In this document: one piece after another, positions 37,902 through 46,926 of the stretch
How positions within the stretch are numbered: position 1 is the stretch's first letter
Layout of the letters: each line of letters opens with the position of its first letter
Assembly (NCBI GenBank): GCA_015068545.1
Contig: SVKH01000001.1
Span: 1 to 59,080, forward strand
Direction: 5' to 3'
Length of the DNA stretch: 59,080 bases
DNA from: Oscillospiraceae bacterium
GTDB lineage: Bacteria; Bacillota; Clostridia; UBA1381
Notes under the pieces: model-generated
What the model saw: only the letters and a program-made list of their open reading frames with translations
Database searches by the model: none
Told to the model about the DNA's origin: nothing
Made by a program: the position numbers and the translations under genes

Positions 37902-39338
37902 ATGAATTATAAAGTTGTTGCGCACACATTAGGGTGGGTTATGAATATCGAAGCGGCTTGCATGGTATTACCCCTTATTTGTGCAATTATTTACAGGGAG
38001 CCAGAGGCTATGACCTTTGGTATAAGCATTGCAATTTGTCTTGTACTTGGTCTGTGTCTTACATTAAAAGCTCCCAAAAAGAAGGATATGTATGCAAAGG
38101 AAGGAATGGTGGCGGTAGCCCTTTCATGGATTGTTATAAGTATTTTGGGTGCTTTGCCATTTGTCATATCAGGGTATATTCCAAATTTTGTTGATGCTCT
38201 TTTTGAGACTGTTTCCGGTTTTACTACCACAGGTGCATCTATACTGACCGATGTTGAAGCACTTCCAAAGTCAATGCTTTTTTGGCGAAGCTTCACTCAC
38301 TGGATTGGCGGAATGGGAGTTCTGGTATTCATAGTAGCCATACTTCCTCTATCCGGCGGTGCAAATATGCATCTTATAAAAGCGGAAAGCCCGGGGCCAT
38401 CTGTGGGCAAGCTTGTGCCTAAAGTAAAGTCAACTGCTATGATTTTATACGGCATATACCTTGGATTAACAGCTACCGAAATTGTGTTTTTGCTGTTTGC
38501 AGGAATGGACACGTTCAGTGCAATTACTCTTACTTTCGGGACAGTTGGTACGGGCGGATTTGGTGTTTTAAACAGTAGTGTGGCAGACTATTCAAACGCT
38601 GTGCAGATAATAATTACGGTGTTTATGCTGCTTTGTGGTATAAATTTTTCCATATATTATATGTTACTTTTAGGTAAGGTCAGGGATGCTGCAAAATCCT
38701 CTGAGCTTTGGGTATATCTTGGAGTAGTTGCGTTGTCCATATTTGCAATCAGTATAAATTGCTCCGGATTGTACGAAACTGTTGGAGATACAGTAAGGCA
38801 CAGTGCGTTTCAGGTAGCATCCATTATAACTACTACCGGTTACGGAACTACCGATTTTGACCTGTGGCCGTCTTTTTCAAAGACTATTTTGGTGCTATTG
38901 ATGTTTATGGGAGCTTGTGCCGGAAGTACAGGCGGCGGTATAAAGGTTTCCAGAATAGTTATACTTTTTAAAAGCATTTTAAAAGAGGTTAAGCTTTCTG
39001 CTCATCCTAAAACTACCTACAAGCTGACTATGGACGGACATATTATTGAGCATAGCGTGCTTCGTGCAGTAAATGTGTATATGGCGGCGTACCTGATGAT
39101 TTTTGTATTGTCACTGCTTATTATATCCCTTGACAATTTCGATTTTACCACTAATTTTACTGCAGTCACCGCTACTATAAACAATATTGGTCCGGGACTT
39201 TCCAAGGTAGGCCCTACCTGTAATTTCTCCCAGTTCTCATCTCTTTCCAAGCTTGTGTGCATAGCGGATATGCTTGTGGGAAGACTGGAGATTTTCCCGA
39301 TATTGGTTTTATTTACACCTCATACATGGAGAAAATAG
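37902..39338 (+). CDS. trkH: Trk potassium uptake system membrane subunit
   Basis: It is a 478-aa polytopic protein with repeated selectivity-filter-like TTTG/TGG segments. It is adjacent to trkA. Confidence 0.9.
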   Translation: MNYKVVAHTLGWVMNIEAACMVLPLICAIIYREPEAMTFGISIAICLVLGLCLTLKAPKKKDMYAKEGMVAVALSWIVISILGALPFVISGYIPNFVDALFETVSGFTTTGASILTDVEALPKSMLFWRSFTHWIGGMGVLVFIVAILPLSGGANMHLIKAESPGPSVGKLVPKVKSTAMILYGIYLGLTATEIVFLLFAGMDTFSAITLTFGTVGTGGFGVLNSSVADYSNAVQIIITVFMLLCGINFSIYYMLLLGKVRDAAKSSELWVYLGVVALSIFAISINCSGLYETVGDTVRHSAFQVASIITTTGYGTTDFDLWPSFSKTILVLLMFMGACAGSTGGGIKVSRIVILFKSILKEVKLSAHPKTTYKLTMDGHIIEHSVLRAVNVYMAAYLMIFVLSLLIISLDNFDFTTNFTAVTATINNIGPGLSKVGPTCNFSQFSSLSKLVCIADMLVGRLEIFPILVLFTPHTWRK

Positions 39339-39603
39339 CGGTTACAAAAAGGACTCTAAAATAGTCCGGAACATAAAACGGGGAATTAAACCCTGTGTAA
39401 TAGAGGATATTTAGTATTAAAATAGAGGAAATCCCGAATATGAGATTTCCTCTATTTTTATGCCATTTCGTAAATAAACGAGTTACTGCAATGGACAGCT
39501 CAGGTGTCCCCAAAATACCTAGGTCCGTTTTACCTGTATGAACAGTTTTTCCTATACTATAAAATCTTTATATATTTTACAGTCTATGATGATTCGTTTC
39601 CGG

Positions 39604-41106
39604 TTATCTTCTTCTGCGTGTATAGCTATCGTTTCTTGAATTGCGTCTATTTCTGGAATTATAGCTGTCTTTTGCTGTTTTTGGGGTTTCGTTTTCCCTG
39701 CGGTAAGATGCAAGCTTGCTTTGTCTGATTTTACGCTTTCTGTTTTTTATCGCCCTTAGTCTTAGGTAGAATGCTACTGCAAGAATGGCTATAATTATAA
39801 CAAATGGGTTAAATATGAAACCAAAAATCAGGTTGATTATATGCAGTATGAAGTCACGTTTAACTTCGTTTGCAGCAACAAGATTTGCTGTTTTTAAAAC
39901 CTTTCCGTTGTAGCTGTATGTGACAGTACCAAAAATATCGCCCTGCACGATAGGAGCGACAGCATCCTTGGTAATTTCTACATCGCATTCCACATTTTTT
40001 GGATCTACCGAGCTTTTCATTGTGGTGTAAAGGTCGCTGTCGACTGTAAGTGCAAGTCTGGTGGAGTCTTTTGCCTCTTTTACTTTGGAGTCATGGATGA
40101 CATCACCTTGCTTTGCAAGCTCTACCGTCTGGTAATTCTTCAGGACATAGTCAAACATCGCCTTGGTATCGGTAAAGGAATATGCGCCCTCGTTTGCGTT
40201 TTCATTAGGACAATTCATTACCACACTTATAAGGGAAAGCTGACCTTTTTCGGCAGATGCCACAAGGCAATATCCTGCATTTGTGCTATTTCCGGATTTT
40301 ATTCCTGTTGCATTTGGGTAATAATGGTAAGGATATTTATATCTGCTTACCAGATGATTTGTGCTGAGGATAGTTTTTTCCTTACTGCGCATATTTGAAG
40401 CAGGAAAAACATATTTTTGAGTGAGTACAATTTCGCGGAAGGTAGGATTTTTCATAGCGTACTGGGCAAGCTTTGCCATATCGGCTGCTGTGGTATAATG
40501 GTTTTCGTCATGCCAACCGGTAGGATTTGCAAAGTGTGTGCCTGTCATGCCAAGCTCTACGGCTTTGTCGTTCATTTTTTGGACAAAATCCTCCAAGGTG
40601 CCGCATACTGTAAGAGCCAATGTATTTGCCGCGTCGTTATTGGAGTTCATTATGATTGCGTACAAAAGCTGTTCTACGGTAAATGTTTCGCCGGGGAGCA
40701 TACCCAGCTGAGGCTGATCATAGCTCACATTAGCAAGAGCAGCTTCGGAAACTGTGCAGATATCGGTTAGCTTTGTGCTTTCCAGTACAATCATTGCAGT
40801 CATTATGTTGGATGTTCCCGCAGGGAAAACCTTTCTATCCGAGTTCATAGCGAAGATAGCATCTCCGGATTTTGCGTCAATAACTATGGCAGATTCCGCG
40901 TTAGGCTTCGGGAAATCGGTTTTTAAACTGCTTTGTGTCCGGTCCCTTGAAGAGGAGTCTGTGTCTGGGGCAGCATAGGCGAAAGAGCCTAATGCAATTG
41001 TTGCCGCCATAATCAAAACAAATATTTTATTATGCAGGAAATTACTACGTTCATGATTTCTGCGCCCGCAGGCGAAGCTTTTGTAAAAAGCGTTTTTATT
41101 TTTCAT
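39604..41106 (-). CDS. PBP5/DacB-like D,D-carboxypeptidase homolog with degenerate SxxK motif and C-terminal TM plus Arg-rich tail
   Basis: S11 peptidase-like motifs SNN (for SxN) and KSG (for KTG) are present. The position of PASxTKIMT reads PAGTSNIMT (40798-40824). Confidence 0.75.
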   Translation of the reverse strand: MKNKNAFYKSFACGRRNHERSNFLHNKIFVLIMAATIALGSFAYAAPDTDSSSRDRTQSSLKTDFPKPNAESAIVIDAKSGDAIFAMNSDRKVFPAGTSNIMTAMIVLESTKLTDICTVSEAALANVSYDQPQLGMLPGETFTVEQLLYAIIMNSNNDAANTLALTVCGTLEDFVQKMNDKAVELGMTGTHFANPTGWHDENHYTTAADMAKLAQYAMKNPTFREIVLTQKYVFPASNMRSKEKTILSTNHLVSRYKYPYHYYPNATGIKSGNSTNAGYCLVASAEKGQLSLISVVMNCPNENANEGAYSFTDTKAMFDYVLKNYQTVELAKQGDVIHDSKVKEAKDSTRLALTVDSDLYTTMKSSVDPKNVECDVEITKDAVAPIVQGDIFGTVTYSYNGKVLKTANLVAANEVKRDFILHIINLIFGFIFNPFVIIIAILAVAFYLRLRAIKNRKRKIRQSKLASYRRENETPKTAKDSYNSRNRRNSRNDSYTRRRR

Positions 41107-41301
41107 AGGTAACCCTTTCCTCCCACATCAAATTTCTGCGGCATCGTATTTGTGGGTATAATACGGTGCAATAAGAACAATTATACTTTAATTATACATA
41201 AATATATATAATTTTGCAATAATTTTATAAAAAAGTGTAGAAAAAATAATTTTTTGTGATATACTTATAATGTGTAGTTTTGTGCTAGGGTGAGGAAATA
41301 T

Positions 41302-41655
41302 ATGAAAACAACTACAATTTTTACTATTTTCATTTTGTCTTTGTGCATAGGAACGACAGCAACTTACGGGGATTTCTCATGGCTTTGCGATACTGTGGTG
41401 TATGCGCCCTCTGGCGGAGGTGGCGTTTTGCCTTTGTCTGATGCTCCGGGAGTTAAGGACGGCATGGTAAATATAAATACAGCAAATGCGGATGAGCTGG
41501 ATTTGTTGTATGGAATTGGGCAGGCGTATGCCAACAGGATAATAGACTACCGAAAGAATAACGGCAGATTTGAAGTAATACAGGACATTATGAAGGTAAC
41601 GGGAATAGGCGAAAAACGTTTTTCCCGAATTAAAGATAATATAACAGTAGAATGA
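41302..41655 (+). CDS. comEA: ComEA-family helix-hairpin-helix DNA-binding protein
   Basis: It has a signal/anchor and VNINTANADELDLLYGIGQAYANRIIDYR...GIGEKRF HhH repeats. The start was placed at ATG 41302 behind SD ggtgagg. Confidence 0.85.
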   Translation: MKTTTIFTIFILSLCIGTTATYGDFSWLCDTVVYAPSGGGGVLPLSDAPGVKDGMVNINTANADELDLLYGIGQAYANRIIDYRKNNGRFEVIQDIMKVTGIGEKRFSRIKDNITVE

Positions 41656-41669
41656 AAGAGGATTTTAAG

Positions 41670-42350
41670 ATGAAAATACTGGTTGTTGACGATGAAAAGC
41701 TATTAGTCAAGGGGATAAAGTACAATTTGGAGCAGGAAGGCTATCAGGTTGTTACTGCTTTTGACGGAGAGGAAGCGGTGAGGCAAGCTCATGACGACAG
41801 CATAAACCTAATACTATTGGACGTTATGCTTCCTAAAATGGACGGACTTACAGCCTGCCGTACCATTAGGAGCTTTTCCGATGTGCCGATAATTATGCTT
41901 ACAGCCCGAAGTGAGGATATAGACAAGATATTAGGCCTTGAGTACGGAGCAGACGATTACATTACAAAACCTTTTAATATCAGAGAGGTTACATCCAGAA
42001 TAAAGGCTATTCTTCGTCGTGTTAATCCAAAACCAAGGGGAGATGCAGGAAAGTTGGTATCGGGCGACCTTACCATAGACTACAACTTCCGCCGAGTGAT
42101 AATCAACGGAAAAAACATAGACCTTACCGGCAAGGAATTTGAGCTTATCGACCTATTTGTAAAAAATCCTGGGAAGGTGTACACTAGGGACAATCTGCTG
42201 GATATAGCATGGGGTGTGGACTATCCCGGTGACGCAAGAACGGTGGACGTTCATATAAGACGACTTCGTGAGAAGATAGAAGAAAACCCGGCAGAGCCGA
42301 CTTACGTTAAGACTAAATGGGGTGTTGGATATTACTATAAACAAGATTAA
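41670..42350 (+). CDS. OmpR-family response regulator
   Basis: It has a receiver domain (MKILVVDDE...LLDVMLP) and a winged-helix output domain (...TKWGVGYYY). Confidence 0.9.
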   Translation: MKILVVDDEKLLVKGIKYNLEQEGYQVVTAFDGEEAVRQAHDDSINLILLDVMLPKMDGLTACRTIRSFSDVPIIMLTARSEDIDKILGLEYGADDYITKPFNIREVTSRIKAILRRVNPKPRGDAGKLVSGDLTIDYNFRRVIINGKNIDLTGKEFELIDLFVKNPGKVYTRDNLLDIAWGVDYPGDARTVDVHIRRLREKIEENPAEPTYVKTKWGVGYYYKQD

Positions 42351-43797
42351 GGAGTTTTTCTCCTCGGTAAAATTCAGTATGATGGCAACTTATGTTGCGG
42401 TTATACTTGTGGCAATGTCCTTGCTGAGTACATACATTCTGAGTATGCTGTCGGAAAATTTGTATGCTACCGCAAGGGTGGATATGTTTGCTAAAGCGAA
42501 CATTATTTCGGATACAGTGATAACTGTCATGGACGATAATATAGAGTCAGTCCGCGGTAGTATAAATCAGATTCTTTCCGGCAGTAATATGCGTGGAATA
42601 GTGGTAAAGCCGGACTACCGTGTAAGCTTCGATACCAGTGAAGATTCGGACTTGGTGGGAAAAATCATCATGCGTGAAGCTATAAATAAATGCGTAAAAG
42701 ACGGAGAACAGGCGTATGCTGTTACCGAAGGAAGCAACGACTTTAAAATGATGTCGGTAGCCGTCCCTATGAAAAGGGGCGAAAGATTATTGGGAATAGT
42801 GTATATGGTAGAGTCTCTTGAAAAGGTGGATACTACCATTGATACAGTACGCAAAAATATGATTATGTTCGCGGCTATTGTATGTATTTTGGTTGCACTT
42901 ATGAGCTTTGTGCTTTCCCATATGACCACAGCTCCTCTTGACAACTTCACTGCAATAGCAAAGGAAATTTCAAAAGGAAATTTCGGAGTTAAGGCAAAGG
43001 AAAAGGGCAGACATGAGCTTGTTGAGATGGCAAAAGCCATGAACTATATGTCGGCGCAGCTTTCCGGTAATGAAGAAAACCGTAAAAAATTCGTATCCGA
43101 TGTATCCCATGAGCTAAAAACTCCTCTTGCTACTATTAAGCTTATTTGTGACAGTATAGTGTCAACCGAAAATCCTGATCCGGAAATGATACAGGAGTTT
43201 CTGGGCGATTTAAGTGACGAAGTAGACCGACTTACAAGAATTGTGGAGCGTCTTTTGACTCTTACAAAGATGGACCAAAACCAAAATAAAGCAAAGACAG
43301 AGCCTGTGGATTTTATAGTAATGCTGAACGCAGTTATCCGTAAGCTGATACCAAACAGCGAGGCAAAGGATATAGTGCTGTATTCTGAATTTAATGCAGA
43401 AAGCCTTACTCCTATGATGCTGGATTACGACAAGATATGGGAAGCTATATACAATATTGTGGATAATGCCATAAAGTATACCCCGCAGGGAGGATTTGTA
43501 AAGCTAGGACTTGACTTAGAGCCTGGGAAGGTAGTGGTGAAGGTAGAGGATAATGGCCCCGGAATACCGGAGGGAGAACAGGAAAAAATATTTGAAAGAT
43601 TCTACCGCCTAGATGATTCCCGTGCACGAGATACCGGAGGAACAGGATTGGGACTGGCTATCTCAAAGGAGGCTGTACTACTGCATGGAGGTACCATAAC
43701 AGCAGGAAACCTGCCATCAGGTGGCAGTGTGTTCACTATTACTCTGCCGTATGAAGATGGCAATGCGGACAATAAAGAGGAAAGGAAGATTGTATGA
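42322..43797 (+). CDS. sensor histidine kinase (HAMP, HisKA, HATPase)
   Basis: It has the H-box SHELKTPLATI and N/G boxes (DNAIKYT, DNGPGI, GTGLGLAI). The start is uncertain: GTG 42322 or ATG 42379. Confidence 0.85.
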   Translation: MLDITINKIKEFFSSVKFSMMATYVAVILVAMSLLSTYILSMLSENLYATARVDMFAKANIISDTVITVMDDNIESVRGSINQILSGSNMRGIVVKPDYRVSFDTSEDSDLVGKIIMREAINKCVKDGEQAYAVTEGSNDFKMMSVAVPMKRGERLLGIVYMVESLEKVDTTIDTVRKNMIMFAAIVCILVALMSFVLSHMTTAPLDNFTAIAKEISKGNFGVKAKEKGRHELVEMAKAMNYMSAQLSGNEENRKKFVSDVSHELKTPLATIKLICDSIVSTENPDPEMIQEFLGDLSDEVDRLTRIVERLLTLTKMDQNQNKAKTEPVDFIVMLNAVIRKLIPNSEAKDIVLYSEFNAESLTPMMLDYDKIWEAIYNIVDNAIKYTPQGGFVKLGLDLEPGKVVVKVEDNGPGIPEGEQEKIFERFYRLDDSRARDTGGTGLGLAISKEAVLLHGGTITAGNLPSGGSVFTITLPYEDGNADNKEERKIV

Positions 43798-44693
43798 GAA
43801 AATCTCACATAATTACAGTAATAATATTAGTTGTTCTTGCTGTGGCAACAAGTCTTCTTACTCTTACCGAAAAGGAAGAAACGCAGAGTGTTATGAATAC
43901 AGCACTGTATTTTTTCAGCAGCGATAAGTCAACCATAGTGGAAACCGAGAAGGAAATATCATACGAGAGTAGAGAAGATCTTTTTCAAAAAACTGCTCAG
44001 GAGCTTTTAAAAGGTCCATCGGGAAAAAAGTATAATCCTATCATGGATAAGGGTATAAAGATAAACAGCCTTTCCTATAAAGACAGAGTTATGAGTATAG
44101 ATTTTTCCGAGGAGTATAAGAAGGAAACTATTCTGACTACCTATGCTGTGGTGAAGACCATGTCGCAGTTTTCGGATGTGGAAAAGGTACTGGTGACGTC
44201 AGAAGGTATGAACATAATTCCCGGTGACGGTATGCTTTCCGGCGAAGAGATTAACTTGGAATCCGATGATGATTGTTCTACCGGTATGAATCTGTACTAT
44301 GCCAACAAGGAAAAGGATAAACTGGTTCGGGAGTACCGAAAGATAAACATAGACGATACTCAGCCTGTGGAAAGATATATTGTAAATGAGCTTATAAAAG
44401 GACCAAAAAATGAGAATAATCAGGGACTGCTTTCTACCGAAACCGGTGTGATTTCGGTGGAGACAACAGATGGTACCTGCTATGTGAACTTTAAAAAGGA
44501 CTTTATAAGCAAGAATACATCATCGTCAAATATAGAGGCATTGATAGTATACTCTTTGGTAAATTCCCTTACCGAAAGAGAGCATATAAAAAACGTCCAG
44601 TTTCTGATAGAAGGAAAGAAGACGGAGCAATTTGGAAATATGGATATTTCCAGACTTTATTACCGTGACGACACTTATATTGAAACATATTAA
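43794..44693 (+). CDS. gerM: GerMN domain (GerM-like) lipoprotein/anchored protein
   Basis: It has an N-terminal anchor and two GerMN-like repeats (ELLKGP..., ELIKGPKN...). An ATGA overlap links it to the kinase gene. Confidence 0.75.
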   Translation: MRKSHIITVIILVVLAVATSLLTLTEKEETQSVMNTALYFFSSDKSTIVETEKEISYESREDLFQKTAQELLKGPSGKKYNPIMDKGIKINSLSYKDRVMSIDFSEEYKKETILTTYAVVKTMSQFSDVEKVLVTSEGMNIIPGDGMLSGEEINLESDDDCSTGMNLYYANKEKDKLVREYRKINIDDTQPVERYIVNELIKGPKNENNQGLLSTETGVISVETTDGTCYVNFKKDFISKNTSSSNIEALIVYSLVNSLTEREHIKNVQFLIEGKKTEQFGNMDISRLYYRDDTYIETY

Positions 44694-44838
44694 GGGAACC
44701 GACCATGTTAGCCTGTGTAAATTGCAAAAAGTAGGCTGGATGGTCGGTTTTTGCGTAGAAAAATCAAATAAAAAAGCAAGGCAGATTTGGTTTTCCTTGT
44801 AAAGCCGCAAATTATCCGAACATATTTAGAGAAAAAGG

Positions 44839-44867
44839 TTGAAATAAGGTTTTAAGTGTGTTATAAT
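44839..44867 (+). promoter_or_regulatory. strong sigma-A type promoter
   Basis: TTGAAA (44839-44844) is followed by a 17-nt spacer and TATAAT (44862-44867), preceded by TGn. Confidence 0.65.
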
Positions 44868-44886
44868 GAGCTTGCAAAGCAAACTC

Positions 44887-45047
44887 AATGAATTGCCTTT
44901 GGCATGAATTGAAAATTTGAATTTTCATGAATTGAGCCTTACGGCTCATGAATTGCACTAAAGTGCATTAAAGGCAATTCAATTCATGGAGTAAAGCGAG
45001 AATTCACGGCTTTAGCCAATTCATGACAACGAAGGTATCAATTCATT
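44887..45047. repeat. array of eight copies of a 9-mer: four direct (C/A)ATGAATTG, then four inverted CAATTCAT(G/T)-like
   Basis: Direct copies lie at 44887, 44903, 44926 and 44947. They are separated by palindromic spacers cctttgg, aaaatttgaatttt, agccttacggct and cactaaagtg. Inverted copies lie at 44975-44988 (overlapping double), 45000 (GAATTCAC), 45017 and 45039. Confidence 0.85.
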
Positions 45048-45104
45048 AAAAACAAGGTGTATCTTTTCTATCACCTAAATGTATAATTTTCTTAACTTAA
45101 TAAA

Positions 45105-45186
45105 ATTGGGAGCTTGTATACAGGCTGAGAGGAAGGTGTGACCTTCGACCGAGAACCTGATTTGGATAATGCCAACGTAGGGATGC
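45105..45186 (+). promoter_or_regulatory. TPP (THI-box) riboswitch aptamer
   Basis: It contains ...gggagc...caggCTGAGAggaaggtgtgaccttcgACCgagaACCTGATtTGGATAATGCCAaCGTAGGGAt..., which matches the conserved THI-element core. Confidence 0.9.
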
Positions 45187-45222
45187 CTAAACGAAGTTTT
45201 TAGGAATATCGAAGTGTATATT

Positions 45223-45252
45223 AGAAGTTACCAAATCGGTAGCTTCTTTTTT
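45223..45252 (+). terminator. riboswitch expression-platform terminator
   Basis: The stem is agaagttacc / ggtagcttct (one G-U pair), followed by tttttt. Confidence 0.75.
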
Positions 45253-45422
45253 GTTGTAAAGGAGGTGGAATGCAATCCGAAGGAATCGGACGGATAACTG
45301 GCGAGCGTCTTTTGTCTTGTATTTTGCGATGGGAACCCGTGTTTCGGGGTGAGAGGAGAAAACTGATTCTCGACCGAGCAAGGCGTATGCCTTGTATAAT
45401 AACAAGAAAAGAGGAAATAAAA

Positions 45423-46136
45423 ATGAAAAAAAACTTACTAAAAATGATTGTACTGTCCATGTTTGTTGCTATTGGAGTTGTAATATCTCCAATACTAAGG
45501 GTTGAAGGTATGTGCCCAATGGCGCATTTTATCAACATTGTATGCTCTGTTTTTTTAGGACCGTGGTACTCGCTTTTGTGTGCAACCTTAATAGGTATCA
45601 TCCGCATGATAACAATGGGGATACCGCCTATTGCTCTAACCGGAGCCATATTCGGCGCATTTCTATCCGGAGTTTTTTATCGTATGTCAAAGGGTAGGAT
45701 TATATTTGCAGTATTGGGAGAGATTATAGGCACAGGATTTGTGGGAGCTATTGCATCATATCCGGTCATGAGCTTTATATGGGGAAAGGAAGGACTTAGC
45801 TGGCTTTTCTATGTACCATCATTTGTATGTGGAACACTTATCGGTGGAAGCATAGCCTATGTGTTTTTGCGTAAACTCACCGATAACGGAATGCTGGTTC
45901 AAATACAGAATAAACTGGCATCGCCTAGTTATAATGATAAAAGCAGTTTACTTTCGAATACTTTAGTAATTGCTGCTTTTGGAGCAATACTTTTTGTAGT
46001 AATTGAGGTGGCAACGGATGTGTTCAAGATTGAGTCACCTGTGGTGGATTGTTTATCGTATGCTGTTCTTCTGGCTTGTATTTTTGCATCAGGAGTGTAC
46101 TATATTTTCAAGAAGGTGAAAAAGAATGATAAATAG
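45423..46136 (+). CDS. thiW: ECF transporter S component ThiW (thiazole precursor)
   Basis: The start was placed at MKKNLLKMIVLSMFVAIG, preceded by SD aagaggaa. The TM profile and motifs are ThiW-like (PMAHFINI, GEIIGTG). It lies upstream of thiM/E/D. Confidence 0.75.
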   Translation: MKKNLLKMIVLSMFVAIGVVISPILRVEGMCPMAHFINIVCSVFLGPWYSLLCATLIGIIRMITMGIPPIALTGAIFGAFLSGVFYRMSKGRIIFAVLGEIIGTGFVGAIASYPVMSFIWGKEGLSWLFYVPSFVCGTLIGGSIAYVFLRKLTDNGMLVQIQNKLASPSYNDKSSLLSNTLVIAAFGAILFVVIEVATDVFKIESPVVDCLSYAVLLACIFASGVYYIFKKVKKNDK

Positions 46137-46926
46137 AATTTGTGATATTCGGGAGAAGGTGAGATTAAAAAAACCACTCATTCATTGTATTACAAATCCG
46201 ATCTCCATAAACCAATGTGCAAATGCCATACTGTCAGTTGGTGCAAAGCCTATAATGGCGGAGCATCCGATGGAAGTGCATGAAATAACTGCTACGGCAG
46301 ATGCCTTGATGCTAAATATTGGGAACATCACAGATGCAAGGCTGGAATCTATTAGGATATCCCTTGAAACTGCAAAGGAAAAGGATATTCCAGTTTTATT
46401 GGACGTTGTTGGCATTGCTTGTTCCGGATTCAGGCGCAGATACATAATGGATTTACTATCCTTAGCAATGCCTGATGTGATAAAGGGGAATTATTCGGAG
46501 ATTATGGCGCTTTGTAATGTTGATTATTCTTCTTCTGGAGTTGATGCAGAGCCGGGCATTGGTGTTGGGTGCATTACAAAAGCTGTATCTGAGCTTGCTA
46601 CAAGGTCCGGAGGAATTATACTTGCCACCGGTCAAACAGATATCATAACAGACGGCAAAACAACTGTATATGTCAAAAACGGAACATATCAGCTTGCAAC
46701 AGTTACCGGAACAGGATGTATGCTGGGGAGTTTATGCTCTGCTTTTATGACCTCTGCTGTGCCTATGGATGCGGTAGTGTCAGCCTGTGTGTATTTTGGC
46801 ATATGTGGCGAACTGGCGAGAACAAATTCAGGTAACGGCAGTTTTATGGTAAACCTGATGGACAGGATGACAATCCTTAAAAATGATGAAATAGCAAGGT
46901 ATATGAATGTGGAGGAATTAAAATGA
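46126..46926 (+). CDS. thiM: hydroxyethylthiazole kinase
   Basis: PLIHCITNPISINQCANAILSVGAKPIMA is typical of ThiM. Confidence 0.9.
   Translation: MINRICDIREKVRLKKPLIHCITNPISINQCANAILSVGAKPIMAEHPMEVHEITATADALMLNIGNITDARLESIRISLETAKEKDIPVLLDVVGIACSGFRRRYIMDLLSLAMPDVIKGNYSEIMALCNVDYSSSGVDAEPGIGVGCITKAVSELATRSGGIILATGQTDIITDGKTTVYVKNGTYQLATVTGTGCMLGSLCSAFMTSAVPMDAVVSACVYFGICGELARTNSGNGSFMVNLMDRMTILKNDEIARYMNVEELK

Noticed and set aside
44887-45047. The CATGAATTG repeat array was considered as a CRISPR array.
   Set aside because: The repeats are only 9 bp and the spacers 7-14 bp and palindromic. Half of the copies are inverted, and no cas genes are present. This is incompatible with CRISPR architecture.
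45270-45422. The long form of ThiW starting at ATG 45270, as drawn in the ORF track, was considered as the annotated CDS.
   Set aside because: The 51 extra residues are strongly basic and non-membrane, overlap riboswitch-like RNA sequence, and are atypical for ThiW. The internal ATG 45423 has its own SD and gives the usual MKK-hydrophobic N-terminus. The region is kept as an open question in the findings rather than annotated as the CDS.
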